A DNA stretch of 44,357 bases, taken from an archaeon. Its GTDB lineage: Archaea; EX4484-52; B79-G9. The notes under the pieces are model-generated. The model made no database searches. It had not been told where the DNA came from and was given only the letters and a program-made list of their open reading frames with translations. The DNA is taken from assembly GCA_043813875.1 (NCBI GenBank), contig JBDRKP010000042.1:1-44357 (forward strand), written 5' to 3'. Positions 8,893-18,125 of the stretch are shown here, one piece after another (the first letter of the stretch is position 1; each line of letters starts with the position of its first letter). The position numbers and the translations under genes were made by a program.

Positions 8893-9447
8893 ATGGTGTT
8901 TGAGTCTTATGGCCTGATTATAGTTGCGGTTCTGGTAATCGGTTTTATTGTCTATTATATCAACAGGTTTGCTGTGCTTGCAAACATTATCGACAATTCA
9001 TGGTCGCAGATCGATGTGCAGCTGAAGAAGCGTAATGATCTTGTGCCTAATCTCGTCGAGACTGTCAAGGGCTATGCAAAACATGAACAGCAGGCCATAA
9101 AGGCGGTCACTGAGGCGAGGGTGCGCATGATGCAGGCGGGGACCGTGGAGGAAAAAGCGGCAGCAGGCAATATGATGAGCGATGCACTGAAGACGATTTT
9201 TGCGATCTCTGAGAACTATCCGCAGCTCAAGGCAAATGAGAATTTCATGATGCTCCAGGAGGAGCTTTCGGGTATCGAGAATAAGATCGCTTATGCAAGA
9301 CAGCATTATAATGACAGCGTCCTTGTGTATAACAATCTTGCGACCACGATACCAGGGTCTTTGTTTGCAGGCGCTCTTGGCAGGAAAGTCAAGCCATATC
9401 TTGAGACTGATGCAAAGGAAAGAGAACCGGTCAAGGTCAAATTCTAG
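8893..9447 (+). CDS. lemA: LemA family protein
   Basis: N-terminal TM helix; WSQIDVQLKKRNDLVPNLV, ENYPQLKANENF; GAGGTG SD upstream. Confidence 0.95.
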   Translation: MVFESYGLIIVAVLVIGFIVYYINRFAVLANIIDNSWSQIDVQLKKRNDLVPNLVETVKGYAKHEQQAIKAVTEARVRMMQAGTVEEKAAAGNMMSDALKTIFAISENYPQLKANENFMMLQEELSGIENKIAYARQHYNDSVLVYNNLATTIPGSLFAGALGRKVKPYLETDAKEREPVKVKF

Positions 9448-9483
9448 GCGGGCTTTTGCCCTTTTACTTTTTGGTGAATATGC

Positions 9484-10368
9484 ATGAGCATGGAAGATGA
9501 TATATCGGCGAATAAGAGGAAATCGTTTCTGCTTGTGGTTCTTGTCACGTTCGTGCTTGTGGCGCTGGGCTATGTCTTTGCCATGATATATGAGCCGGGT
9601 CTTGTATTCGTTTTCATGATAGTTGCGGTCGTCATATCTACTCTTGGCTCTGTTTTCACTTACTGGAATTCGGATACTCTTGTGCTTGCGGTCACAAAGA
9701 CGAGGGAGCCGACGCCGCTTGAGAGGAAGCACCTGGAGAATGTGGTCGAGGGGCTTGCAATCGCAGCGGGGATACCTGCGCCGCGCATATATATTATCGA
9801 TGATGAGAAGAACCTGAATGCTTTTGCCACGGGGCGCGATCCGGAGCATGCGCTTATCGCGGTGACTTCTCTGCTTCTTCGGACCATGAAGCGGGATGAG
9901 CTTGAGGGTGTCATCGCGCATGAGATGAGCCACATAAGGAACTATGACATACGTTTTGCGACGTTCATGGCTGTGCTTGTCGGAATCATTGTCATCGCGT
10001 CGCAGATATTCTTAAGAAGCCTGTGGTTTGGTGGCGGGAACAATAACCGCGGCAAGGGGAATGCGATATTCATCGTACTTGGCGTGGTGCTTGCGATTCT
10101 TGCGCCTATCCTCACGCAGATGATACAGCTTGCCGCATCAAGGCAGAGGGAGTATCTTGCTGATGCAAGCGGGGCGCGCATTACGCGATATCCGGAGGGG
10201 CTGGCAAAGGCGCTTGAGAGGATTAAGAACACGAACGTGAATACGAAGGTCAACGGCGCTGTGTCTCATATGTATTTTTCGAATCCGATGCTTTTGAAGA
10301 ATGCGAACTCACTTTTCGCTACGCATCCGCCGATCGATGAGAGGATAAAGAGATTGCGGGCGATGTAG
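9484..10368 (+). CDS. htpX: M48 zinc metalloprotease HtpX
   Basis: NAFATG, HEMSH, SRQREYLAD, THPP; TM segments; follows lemA. Confidence 0.95.
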   Translation: MSMEDDISANKRKSFLLVVLVTFVLVALGYVFAMIYEPGLVFVFMIVAVVISTLGSVFTYWNSDTLVLAVTKTREPTPLERKHLENVVEGLAIAAGIPAPRIYIIDDEKNLNAFATGRDPEHALIAVTSLLLRTMKRDELEGVIAHEMSHIRNYDIRFATFMAVLVGIIVIASQIFLRSLWFGGGNNNRGKGNAIFIVLGVVLAILAPILTQMIQLAASRQREYLADASGARITRYPEGLAKALERIKNTNVNTKVNGAVSHMYFSNPMLLKNANSLFATHPPIDERIKRLRAM

Positions 10369-10378
10369 GCCGCAGATA

Positions 10379-10549
10379 TTATTTTTTGATCTGCGCATCA
10401 ATAAGTTTTTTTTGCTGTGCGCTCCAGACTTCATCTGGAGTCTCTTTGATGTAGCCTACCCAGAAGTCTATGAACTTCAGGCGCTCTTCAAAGTTCCTCT
10501 GCTTTTTTTTAGCCAGTTCTTTCTTGCTTATTTTAAGATCAGTTGTCAT
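10379..10549 (-). CDS. Small hypothetical protein, 56 aa (not in ORF track)
   Basis: Manually translated MTTDLKISKKELAKKKQRNFEERLKFIDFWVGYIKETPDEVWSAQQKKLIDAQIKK*; fills the htpX-gpmI gap; TTTATAA upstream. Confidence 0.7.
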   Translation of the reverse strand: MTTDLKISKKELAKKKQRNFEERLKFIDFWVGYIKETPDEVWSAQQKKLIDAQIKK

Positions 10550-10611
10550 ATCAATGTCCTATAACTAAGTGGATAACCAACTTATAAAAATATGTGAGAC
10601 CAAGAAGTAGG

Positions 10612-12192
10612 ATGGTTCAAAAAGGTGCTTTCAAGGTCAAAAAGCGCGTCGTCCTTGTGGTGGCTGACGGGTGGGGGATTGCGCCTGCGGGTCCGGGAAA
10701 TTATATTGATATGGCTAGGACTCCTAATTTTGACGGATTTCTTAAAAAATATCCGCACTGCATCAATCTGGCTTCGGGGACTGCTGTCGGGCTGCCGCCC
10801 GGCTCGCAGGGGAATTCGGAGGTAGGGCATCTGCATATGGGTGCCGGGCGAATCGTGTGGCAGATGTATCAGCTTATCAATAACGCAATCGATGACAAGG
10901 GTTTTTTTAAGAATAAGGCGCTTGTCTCTGCAATAGATCATGCGAAGAAGAATAATTCAAAGCTCCATATCATGGGGATGTGTTCTGATGAAGGGGTGCA
11001 TTCGCATGTCAACCACTTGTTCGCACTTCTCATGATGGCGAAAGAACATGGATTGACTGAGGTCTATGTCCATTTTTTCGCTGACGGACGGGATGTGCCT
11101 GAGAAGTCGGCTAAGAAGTATGTCAAGATGGTGGAGGATGAGATCAGGCGAATAGGGGTCGGCAGGATCGCGTCGATTGTAGGACGGTATTATTCGATGG
11201 ACCGGGACACTAACTGGGACAGGACCCGAAAGGCGTATGACATGCTCACGAAGGCTGAGGGGTTCCGGGCGAAGAGCGCACAAGACGCAGTCGAGATGGC
11301 GTATGAGCGCGGGGACAAGACGGACTATTATATCCAGCCGACGGTCATTGTCGATGATTCTGATGAGGCAATCGCTACGGTGGATGACGGGGATTCAGTG
11401 ATATTTTTTAATTTCAGAATCGATAGGACACGGCAGCTTACGAAAGCGTTTGTCTTTGATGAGTTTGACTATTTCAAAAGAGATGTGCGCCCTAATGTTC
11501 TTTTCACTACCATGTCCAAGTATGATAAGAACATCGAGTGCCTGGTGGCTTATACGGAAGAGACTGTCGAGAATAATCTCGGGAAGATGCTTTCGGGGTG
11601 CGGCCTTTTGCAGCTGCGGATGGCTGAAACTGAGAAATATGCTCATGTCACTTATTATTTCAATTCGATGGTTGAGAAGCCGAATGCTGGTGAAGAGAGA
11701 CTCATGATACCGTCATCGAAGGTGAGTTCATATGACCAGAAGCCACAGATGTCTGCTTATGAGATCGCAGATGAGGCGGCAAGGCAGATATCAAAGAAGA
11801 AATATGATTTCGTGCTGGTGAATTTCGCCAACTGCGACCTTGTGGGGCATTCTGCTGTGAAGGAGGCGATCATAAGGTGCGTCGAGGTTGTCGATGAGTG
11901 CTGTGCGAAGATCGCTTCGGCGGGGCTTAATAATGATTATGTGGTCATCATCACTGCTGATCACGGGAGCGCGGAGGATAAGCTTTATCCTGATGGTGTG
12001 CTAAAGCCTGCGCATTCTTCCAATCCGGTGCCGTTTATTCTTGTCTCAACAGATGAGAATCTGATGAAGGTCACGCTTCTTGACGGGGGACAGAAGGATG
12101 TGGCGCCAACCATCCTTGATATAATGGGAATGAAGAAGCCGAAGGAGATGACGGGGAAGAGCTTAATTATTGGGAAACAGAATACCATATAG
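10612..12192 (+). CDS. gpmI: 2,3-bisphosphoglycerate-independent phosphoglycerate mutase (bacterial-type)
   Basis: DGWG, GNSEVGH, GVHSH, DGRDV, GRYYSMDRD, AETEKYAHVT, TADHG. Confidence 0.95.
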   Translation: MVQKGAFKVKKRVVLVVADGWGIAPAGPGNYIDMARTPNFDGFLKKYPHCINLASGTAVGLPPGSQGNSEVGHLHMGAGRIVWQMYQLINNAIDDKGFFKNKALVSAIDHAKKNNSKLHIMGMCSDEGVHSHVNHLFALLMMAKEHGLTEVYVHFFADGRDVPEKSAKKYVKMVEDEIRRIGVGRIASIVGRYYSMDRDTNWDRTRKAYDMLTKAEGFRAKSAQDAVEMAYERGDKTDYYIQPTVIVDDSDEAIATVDDGDSVIFFNFRIDRTRQLTKAFVFDEFDYFKRDVRPNVLFTTMSKYDKNIECLVAYTEETVENNLGKMLSGCGLLQLRMAETEKYAHVTYYFNSMVEKPNAGEERLMIPSSKVSSYDQKPQMSAYEIADEAARQISKKKYDFVLVNFANCDLVGHSAVKEAIIRCVEVVDECCAKIASAGLNNDYVVIITADHGSAEDKLYPDGVLKPAHSSNPVPFILVSTDENLMKVTLLDGGQKDVAPTILDIMGMKKPKEMTGKSLIIGKQNTI

Positions 12193-12213
12193 CTATTGAG
12201 AAAATGTGGAAGA

Positions 12214-12948
12214 TTATGACGATTTTTGATGTAATGGGGCAAAATATTGGAGTCTAGGCGACAAAGCATATCCTATTGGTTCTATTGTTTTTATTATTCC
12301 ATCCAATTCCCTAATTTGATTGTTTAAGTCGGTTATATTATTTCTGATAGCATCGACGTCATAGGGAGACTTTGTAGCTGCCCCCTTTTTTTGATTAATC
12401 GTTTTTGTGTTTAAAGGGATTCCTTCCATTTTACCTAATACCAGACCTGACTGCCCGAGTATTTCTGCTATATCTATACCCTCTTGTAATGTTTCTTTGT
12501 ATATTTCGCATTCGATAAGTTCGTTATTAGGCGTCAATGTACCACTTATTAATGCATCTTTGTATATTCTGCATTTGACTATTTTATTATAATCCTTCAA
12601 TATAACTTCATCTGATCTATTATCGTAAGTGAAGCCTCTGATGCGTTTGCTTTTAGAAGACAAAATACCAAGAGCCATGTCAGAGTGATTATATAATCCA
12701 AATTCTATACTATCGGAATCGAGTATTACTTGGCTACTGTAACAAGGCATTGTCTCTAATAATTTTTCCAGAATTTGATATTTCTTAAAAGAAATATTTA
12801 CCTGATTTGTTTTTCCTTTTTTTACGGTGTTAATAAAGTCATCTAAGGTCGCGAATGATATTGTTTTTTTAAGTCCAAGCAATTTACTTTCTTTTAATAG
12901 ACCAACTGGATTGTATAATATTTTACTTTCGGAGTCCATTAAAATCAC
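12214..12948 (-). CDS. Hypothetical protein (AT-rich ORFan)
   Basis: 244-aa ORF, much lower GC than flanks; no recognised motif; coiled-coil-like C-terminus. Confidence 0.55.
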   Translation of the reverse strand: MILMDSESKILYNPVGLLKESKLLGLKKTISFATLDDFINTVKKGKTNQVNISFKKYQILEKLLETMPCYSSQVILDSDSIEFGLYNHSDMALGILSSKSKRIRGFTYDNRSDEVILKDYNKIVKCRIYKDALISGTLTPNNELIECEIYKETLQEGIDIAEILGQSGLVLGKMEGIPLNTKTINQKKGAATKSPYDVDAIRNNITDLNNQIRELDGIIKTIEPIGYALSPRLQYFAPLHQKSS

Positions 12949-13045
12949 TTAGTTTAGCATACGATTTATTTTAATAAGAATAAAAGTGGAAGATATATTT
13001 ATAAATCTTTGTTATTGATACTACTAGATAGTTATTTCGTTGACT

Positions 13046-14164
13046 CTATATTTCCTGAAGCGCATGAAATATCATAACCAGTTGCTTGATGCCTGTTCTT
13101 ATTGGCGCTTTGTATAAATATTCGTCTTTTGAGTGGGTGCCCTTGGCATCTGTTATCCCTATGGTGACGCTCGGCAGCCCCAGGCTGACGGGATAGTTCG
13201 AGTCTGTGCTGCCTATGTCGTCGATTGTCTTTATGCCGAGATCCGTGTGGATATCTTTTATCAGGTCTATGAGCCATCTTTCTTTCATCTCGCCTGCGGG
13301 CCTTTCGTCAAGGATGGCTGTCTCTATGGCCAGGCCTGATTTTCTCATGCCGCTGATCAACGAGGCGATGTCGTCTTTTAGTGTCTCGATGATGTCCTGA
13401 TCCAGCGAGCGTATCTCTAGTGAGAACGTGACCTCTTCTGGTATCGAGTTCACGGAGGTGCCGCCTTTTATGGTGCCTATGTTCAATGTGGTTTTCGGGT
13501 CTTTTGGCAGATTCATCGAGGCAAGATGCTGTATGAGGGCTGATGCTTTGACGATGGTGTTCGGGGTGTCTGAATCGCGCCAGCTGTGGCCGCCTTTCCC
13601 GCGGAGCGTGATGTCTGTCCTGTGGCTGCCTACTACTTTTTTTGTTAGGCGGCCGCTCATGTGGCCTTCGATGCAGATGTGCGCCTTTATCCTGTCTTTT
13701 GGGGTGCTGTCGAAGAAATGGCGGATGCCTCTCAAGTTGCCGGGGGCTTCCTCTCCGACGTTGAATAGTAAAATTGTGTCGTTTTTCGGGATGATATTGT
13801 TCTCTTTTATGTATCCTGCAAGGCAAAGGAGCGCGGCGATTCCCATAGCATCATCGCAGATGCCGGGGCATGCGATCGTGTCTTTGTCTTCTTTTATCTC
13901 AAGTTTTGTGCCTTTTGGGAATGCTGTGTCAACATGGGCTGAGAATACGAGGATTTGTGGGCTCTTGCCTTTGATTGTGAGGCGCAGGTTGCCGACCTTG
14001 TCGATCTCTGCGTCTTTGTAGCCGAGAGCCTCAAGGCGATTTTTCAGGAATGATATCCTTTTTTCTTCCTTAAATGGAGGGGAGGGGATGAGCGTGATCT
14101 TTTTCAGGTCGATTATGACGCTTCCATAGTTCCGGTCTATAATATCACTGATCGACTTCATCAT
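13046..14164 (-). CDS. M20/M25/M40 family metallopeptidase
   Basis: SAHVDT, PGICDD, VGEE, GGHSW, GGTSVNSIP, STDSN, H..DE. Confidence 0.9.
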   Translation of the reverse strand: MMKSISDIIDRNYGSVIIDLKKITLIPSPPFKEEKRISFLKNRLEALGYKDAEIDKVGNLRLTIKGKSPQILVFSAHVDTAFPKGTKLEIKEDKDTIACPGICDDAMGIAALLCLAGYIKENNIIPKNDTILLFNVGEEAPGNLRGIRHFFDSTPKDRIKAHICIEGHMSGRLTKKVVGSHRTDITLRGKGGHSWRDSDTPNTIVKASALIQHLASMNLPKDPKTTLNIGTIKGGTSVNSIPEEVTFSLEIRSLDQDIIETLKDDIASLISGMRKSGLAIETAILDERPAGEMKERWLIDLIKDIHTDLGIKTIDDIGSTDSNYPVSLGLPSVTIGITDAKGTHSKDEYLYKAPIRTGIKQLVMIFHALQEI

Positions 14165-14262
14165 ATCGCCTCACTTGCGCGCTAAATAGGTTGAATATAG
14201 CGCTGTTATCAACGAATCATCCGCAATATCATCTTTTATTTTTTTGTCGCCAATACTTATAT

Positions 14263-14844
14263 ATGAATATCAAAAATGAGATTCGTGTCATCGGCTTCGA
14301 CGACGGGCCGTTTGTCCACAAAAGTGGTGGGAGGGCGCTTTTAGTCGGAGTCATACTTCGGGCTTCTGAGTATCTTGACGGGGTGCTCAGTACGTATGTT
14401 ACTGTCGACGGGCTTGATGCTACGGATAAGGTGATTGGGCTTGTCAATAATTCCAAGCATTTTGACCAGTTGCGCGTTATTCTTTTTGACGGGCTTGCTG
14501 TCGCCGGGTTCAACCTGATAGATATCCATAAGGTCGCAACTCTTACCGGGAAGGCGGTGATCGCGGTGACGGGCACCAGGCCTGACCGGGAGAAGTTCTT
14601 ATCTGCGCTGAAGAATCTTGACAGATATGACGAGAGGGTTGCGATTGTCGATAGCGCGGGGGATGTGTTGGATGTCGAGGTGCGCGGGAGGATGATATAT
14701 TTCCAGTGTGCTGGTATTACGGAGGATGAGGCCAGGGTGATACTTCTGAAGGCGTCGTGCAGGAGCGCTATCCCAGAGGCCATACGGATGGCTCATCTGA
14801 TCGCTAGGGGAATAGTGGACGGTGAGTCCCGTGGCAGGCCATAG
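14263..14844 (+). CDS. DUF99 family (endonuclease V-like) protein
   Basis: RVIGFDDGPF, VDGLDAT, DG...AGFN, PEAIRMAHLIA. Confidence 0.88.
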   Translation: MNIKNEIRVIGFDDGPFVHKSGGRALLVGVILRASEYLDGVLSTYVTVDGLDATDKVIGLVNNSKHFDQLRVILFDGLAVAGFNLIDIHKVATLTGKAVIAVTGTRPDREKFLSALKNLDRYDERVAIVDSAGDVLDVEVRGRMIYFQCAGITEDEARVILLKASCRSAIPEAIRMAHLIARGIVDGESRGRP

Positions 14845-14858
14845 GATAAGGACAGACT

Positions 14859-15614
14859 CTAAACAGTCATCTTTTCGCCGTCTTTTGGGAATATGACGTA
14901 GCCGCTGTAGATTTGTGATATCTCTTTTTTTATTGATTTTGTCTTGTCTTTTACTTCGCGGGATATGTGGACGAGGGCGAGGGTTTTTGAGCGGGAGTTT
15001 TTTGCGCACAGGCCGACCGAGAGGAATGATGAGTGGTTTTTTGGGCCTTTTTCGTCTTTTACCTTCTGGAACGTATAGGCTTCATGTACCAGGATGTCTG
15101 TCTCTTTTGCAAGGTCGGCGATGTCTTTTGAATATGCTGTGTCACCTGTGTATACGAGTGATTTTTTTTCGAGGTCTATGCGGATTGAATATGACGATTC
15201 TGCGTGCTCTGCTTTTGCGAATGTGAGTTCTGCCTTGCCGAGGGATATCTTAGATTTACTGTCAATCTCTTTGAATGTCAGGTCAAAGCCTAGATTTTCT
15301 ATGAATGTCGCGTAGGCGAGTGATGTTAGGTCGCGGATGTATAATTCTATGCCTTTTGCGCCTATGATTGTAAGGGGTTCTGTTCTTTTTTCTTCGTGGT
15401 ATCTTAGAAGGAGTGAGGGGATGCCGAATGTGTGGTCGGCGTGGAAGTGGGATATGTATATCGCCCTGATGTTTTTGTATAGGCCTTCTTTCCAGATGCC
15501 TTGGATCGCTGAAAAACCGCAGTCTAGCAGGAGCCCGATGTCTTCTATGAAGATGCTCGTGTTTCTCTGGCTTTCGTCAAATGCTTCGCCGACACCGATA
15601 AATCTTATGTCCAT
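14859..15614 (-). CDS. Metallo-beta-lactamase fold hydrolase, RNase Z-like
   Basis: LLDCG, SHFHADH, YTGDT, LVHEA, HSS, LVH. Confidence 0.85.
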   Translation of the reverse strand: MDIRFIGVGEAFDESQRNTSIFIEDIGLLLDCGFSAIQGIWKEGLYKNIRAIYISHFHADHTFGIPSLLLRYHEEKRTEPLTIIGAKGIELYIRDLTSLAYATFIENLGFDLTFKEIDSKSKISLGKAELTFAKAEHAESSYSIRIDLEKKSLVYTGDTAYSKDIADLAKETDILVHEAYTFQKVKDEKGPKNHSSFLSVGLCAKNSRSKTLALVHISREVKDKTKSIKKEISQIYSGYVIFPKDGEKMTV

Positions 15615-15688
15615 CCTACATTATGATTAGGCTAAATTTATAAATCTGGGCTCCAAAAGGGTATTAACTGTTTTTAGGAGATGATGTC

Positions 15689-16264
15689 ATGAATAAGATC
15701 GTTATTGTTACCGGCATTCCAGGGAGCGGGAAGACTACTGTGCTTGATGCTGCGCTGCCTGTGCTTGAAAAAGAGGGTGTCAGGTATAAGTCTGTCAATT
15801 ACGGGACCGTGATGTTTGATATCGCAAGGCACATGGGGATCGCAAAGGACAGGGATGATATGCGAAAGCTTGAGCCTGAGAAGCAGAAGGAGATACAGAA
15901 GAGCGCGGGAAAGAAGATCGCTTCCATGGCTACGACGACTTCGGTCATCGTCGATACGCACTGCACCATCAATACGCCGAAAGGGTACCTTCCGGGGCTT
16001 CCTGAATGGGTCTTAAAGGAGATCATGCCGAATATCATTGTCCTTGTGGAGGCGGATTCAAAGCATATAGCGACGAGGAGAAGCAGCGATGCATCACGCG
16101 CCAGGGATGCTGAATCTGCTCTTGAGATACAGTATCACCAGGATATCAACCGGGCCGCTGCAATTGCTTATTGTGTCATGACCGGGGCGACGACCAAGAT
16201 AATCAGGAACGATCAGGGTAAATTAGAGAGATCTGTCAAGGATATGGCTGATGTTTTGAGATGA
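15689..16264 (+). CDS. adkA: Archaeal adenylate kinase
   Basis: TGIPGSGKTT, NYG..M, RDDMRKL, VDTH...TPKGYLPGLP; GGAG SD. Confidence 0.95.
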   Translation: MNKIVIVTGIPGSGKTTVLDAALPVLEKEGVRYKSVNYGTVMFDIARHMGIAKDRDDMRKLEPEKQKEIQKSAGKKIASMATTTSVIVDTHCTINTPKGYLPGLPEWVLKEIMPNIIVLVEADSKHIATRRSSDASRARDAESALEIQYHQDINRAAAIAYCVMTGATTKIIRNDQGKLERSVKDMADVLR

Positions 16265-16329
16265 GTGTTTTTACTGCTCAGATACAACATAACGAAAGAA
16301 TTATAAATTAATACACCCAGTTCTATTGA

Positions 16330-17484
16330 ATGAGTTTACATAATTATATAGAAAGACACATAGTAGATCTGCCAAAACACATTCTAAGTATTGAAGACCT
16401 TACTATAGGGCAGATAAATTATATTTTTGGTCTTACAGATGAACTCAAAGAAAATCCGGATATTTCAGAATATTATGATATTTTAAAAGAGAAATGTGTT
16501 TTTTCTCATTTTGAAGAAGCTAGTTCAAGAACGAGACTTTCAAGTGAAAGAGCAGCTTATGATTTAGGTGTGTTTGGAAATCATCTTGGCCCTGGTGAAA
16601 GTTCTGTAGAAAAAGGAGAAATATTAGAAGATATTGTCAATACGTATGAAACCAATAAGGCCAACATACTTGTCATCAGAGGAGATTATGATCTGAAATA
16701 TCAATTAACAGAGGAACAACTAATAAATTGCAAAACCCGCCTTATAAATGCTGGTGATAAACGAGAGCATCCAACGCAGGCATTACTTGATCTCTATTTA
16801 CTGATGAAAAAAGCCAATGTTGATGACATAAGAGACTTAAATCTTGATGTCGTATTTGTAGGCCACACAAACGGATATAGAGCAGCCCAGTCATTAGTCA
16901 AAGGACTTACCAAATATACAAGATGTAATGTAAGCAATATCTTACCTGTCGGCGGCGAAGCAATGGGAATGGAATGGGGCTTGAAAAATGTTGTGAAACT
17001 AAAAGTATATCCATATCCTTATGTTACTGAGTTAGAAAATATCGATATAGACAATATAAAAGAATTAGAAGTTTATAATGAGGAGGATGCGCAGTCAATT
17101 GATAGATGGCTTATTAAAGGCGATGAACTAGAAATGTTCATATCTTCAAGAAAACAATATCAGGAGAAATTGGCTGAAGGAATAAAGAATGCTGATGTTC
17201 TTTATTTCTGCAGGTCAACCAATAAAGGTGATCCTGCAATAGTCCATGGATTAACACCTCGATTTGTCGATGAAAACGCAAAGGACACAATGAGCATAAT
17301 GCATCCAAGACCGATAGGTTGTAAAGAGCTTGATAGAAGATTTGATAATACAAAAAGAGACTTTTACACGTATGCACAACCAATTGCGGGTTATGATGTT
17401 AGAAAAGCATTATTTTTCGCGATGCTGATTGAGGATAATCTGTTGAATAATACATATCAAGCCACTTTGGAGGACTTTGTATAA
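16330..17484 (+). CDS. Divergent aspartate/ornithine carbamoyltransferase family protein (PyrB-like)
   Basis: SSRTRLS, SSVEKGE, INAGD..EHPTQALLD, MHPRP; AT-rich, with insertions. Confidence 0.75.
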   Translation: MSLHNYIERHIVDLPKHILSIEDLTIGQINYIFGLTDELKENPDISEYYDILKEKCVFSHFEEASSRTRLSSERAAYDLGVFGNHLGPGESSVEKGEILEDIVNTYETNKANILVIRGDYDLKYQLTEEQLINCKTRLINAGDKREHPTQALLDLYLLMKKANVDDIRDLNLDVVFVGHTNGYRAAQSLVKGLTKYTRCNVSNILPVGGEAMGMEWGLKNVVKLKVYPYPYVTELENIDIDNIKELEVYNEEDAQSIDRWLIKGDELEMFISSRKQYQEKLAEGIKNADVLYFCRSTNKGDPAIVHGLTPRFVDENAKDTMSIMHPRPIGCKELDRRFDNTKRDFYTYAQPIAGYDVRKALFFAMLIEDNLLNNTYQATLEDFV

Positions 17485-18057
17485 TTATCGTCCTATCAAT
17501 CTCTTCTTTTCGATAAACTCGATTACTTCCTGTTTCAGTTCCTCTACTGATTTGCTGTCTGTGTCGAGAATAAGATCGAAGACGCCAAGGTCCTTGTCGA
17601 GGGTGTAGCCGTACATGCGCCTGTAGAGTTCGATGTTTTCCTTGTCGCGCTTCTTTACGGCAACGATTGCGCTTTCCAGTGTGCTTACGTCGCGGGTCTT
17701 TATCCTTTTCGCGCGTGTGGCCGGGCTTGCGTTGAGCCAGATCTTTATGCCTCTTGCGCCGAGCCATGGGAGCGCCCACGAGGTGATTGAAACATTACCT
17801 GCTTCTGCCTTCTTTTTGAGGAAGTCGTCGACTTCCCTGTCGAAGTCCTCATTGGTCTTGCGCTCTTTTAAGAACCTCATGCCGTCTTCTGTCTCCCACC
17901 AGTCGTCGCCTGAGAAATGATAGCCCTTTTTTATCGCTATCTCTTTCAAGGCATCGCCGCCGCAGATGTATTTTAGGCCGTAGTGGTTCGCAAGGGCTTT
18001 TGCGAGGGTGGTCTTTCCTGAGCCGGCCATGCCGGAGATGATGATTGTCAGTGCCAT
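17485..18057 (-). CDS. cmk: Cytidylate kinase (archaeal type)
   Basis: ISGMAGSGKTT P-loop, D..VD, IWLNAS...RAKRI..RD, Y...YG, DLILDT. Confidence 0.85.
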   Translation of the reverse strand: MALTIIISGMAGSGKTTLAKALANHYGLKYICGGDALKEIAIKKGYHFSGDDWWETEDGMRFLKERKTNEDFDREVDDFLKKKAEAGNVSITSWALPWLGARGIKIWLNASPATRAKRIKTRDVSTLESAIVAVKKRDKENIELYRRMYGYTLDKDLGVFDLILDTDSKSVEELKQEVIEFIEKKRLIGR

Positions 18058-18125
18058 GTTAATCACAAGTCTAATTTCTGAAGTATTAGGACACTAAATT
18101 ATATAAAAGTCATGGTCGGAAAGGG

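Noticed and set aside
8998..9933. 311-aa minus-strand ORF
   Set aside because: Antisense shadow of lemA/htpX with no motif
14859..15614. Assigning gene symbol rnz
   Set aside because: MBL motifs are present but the tRNA-binding exosite is not evident; left as RNase Z-like
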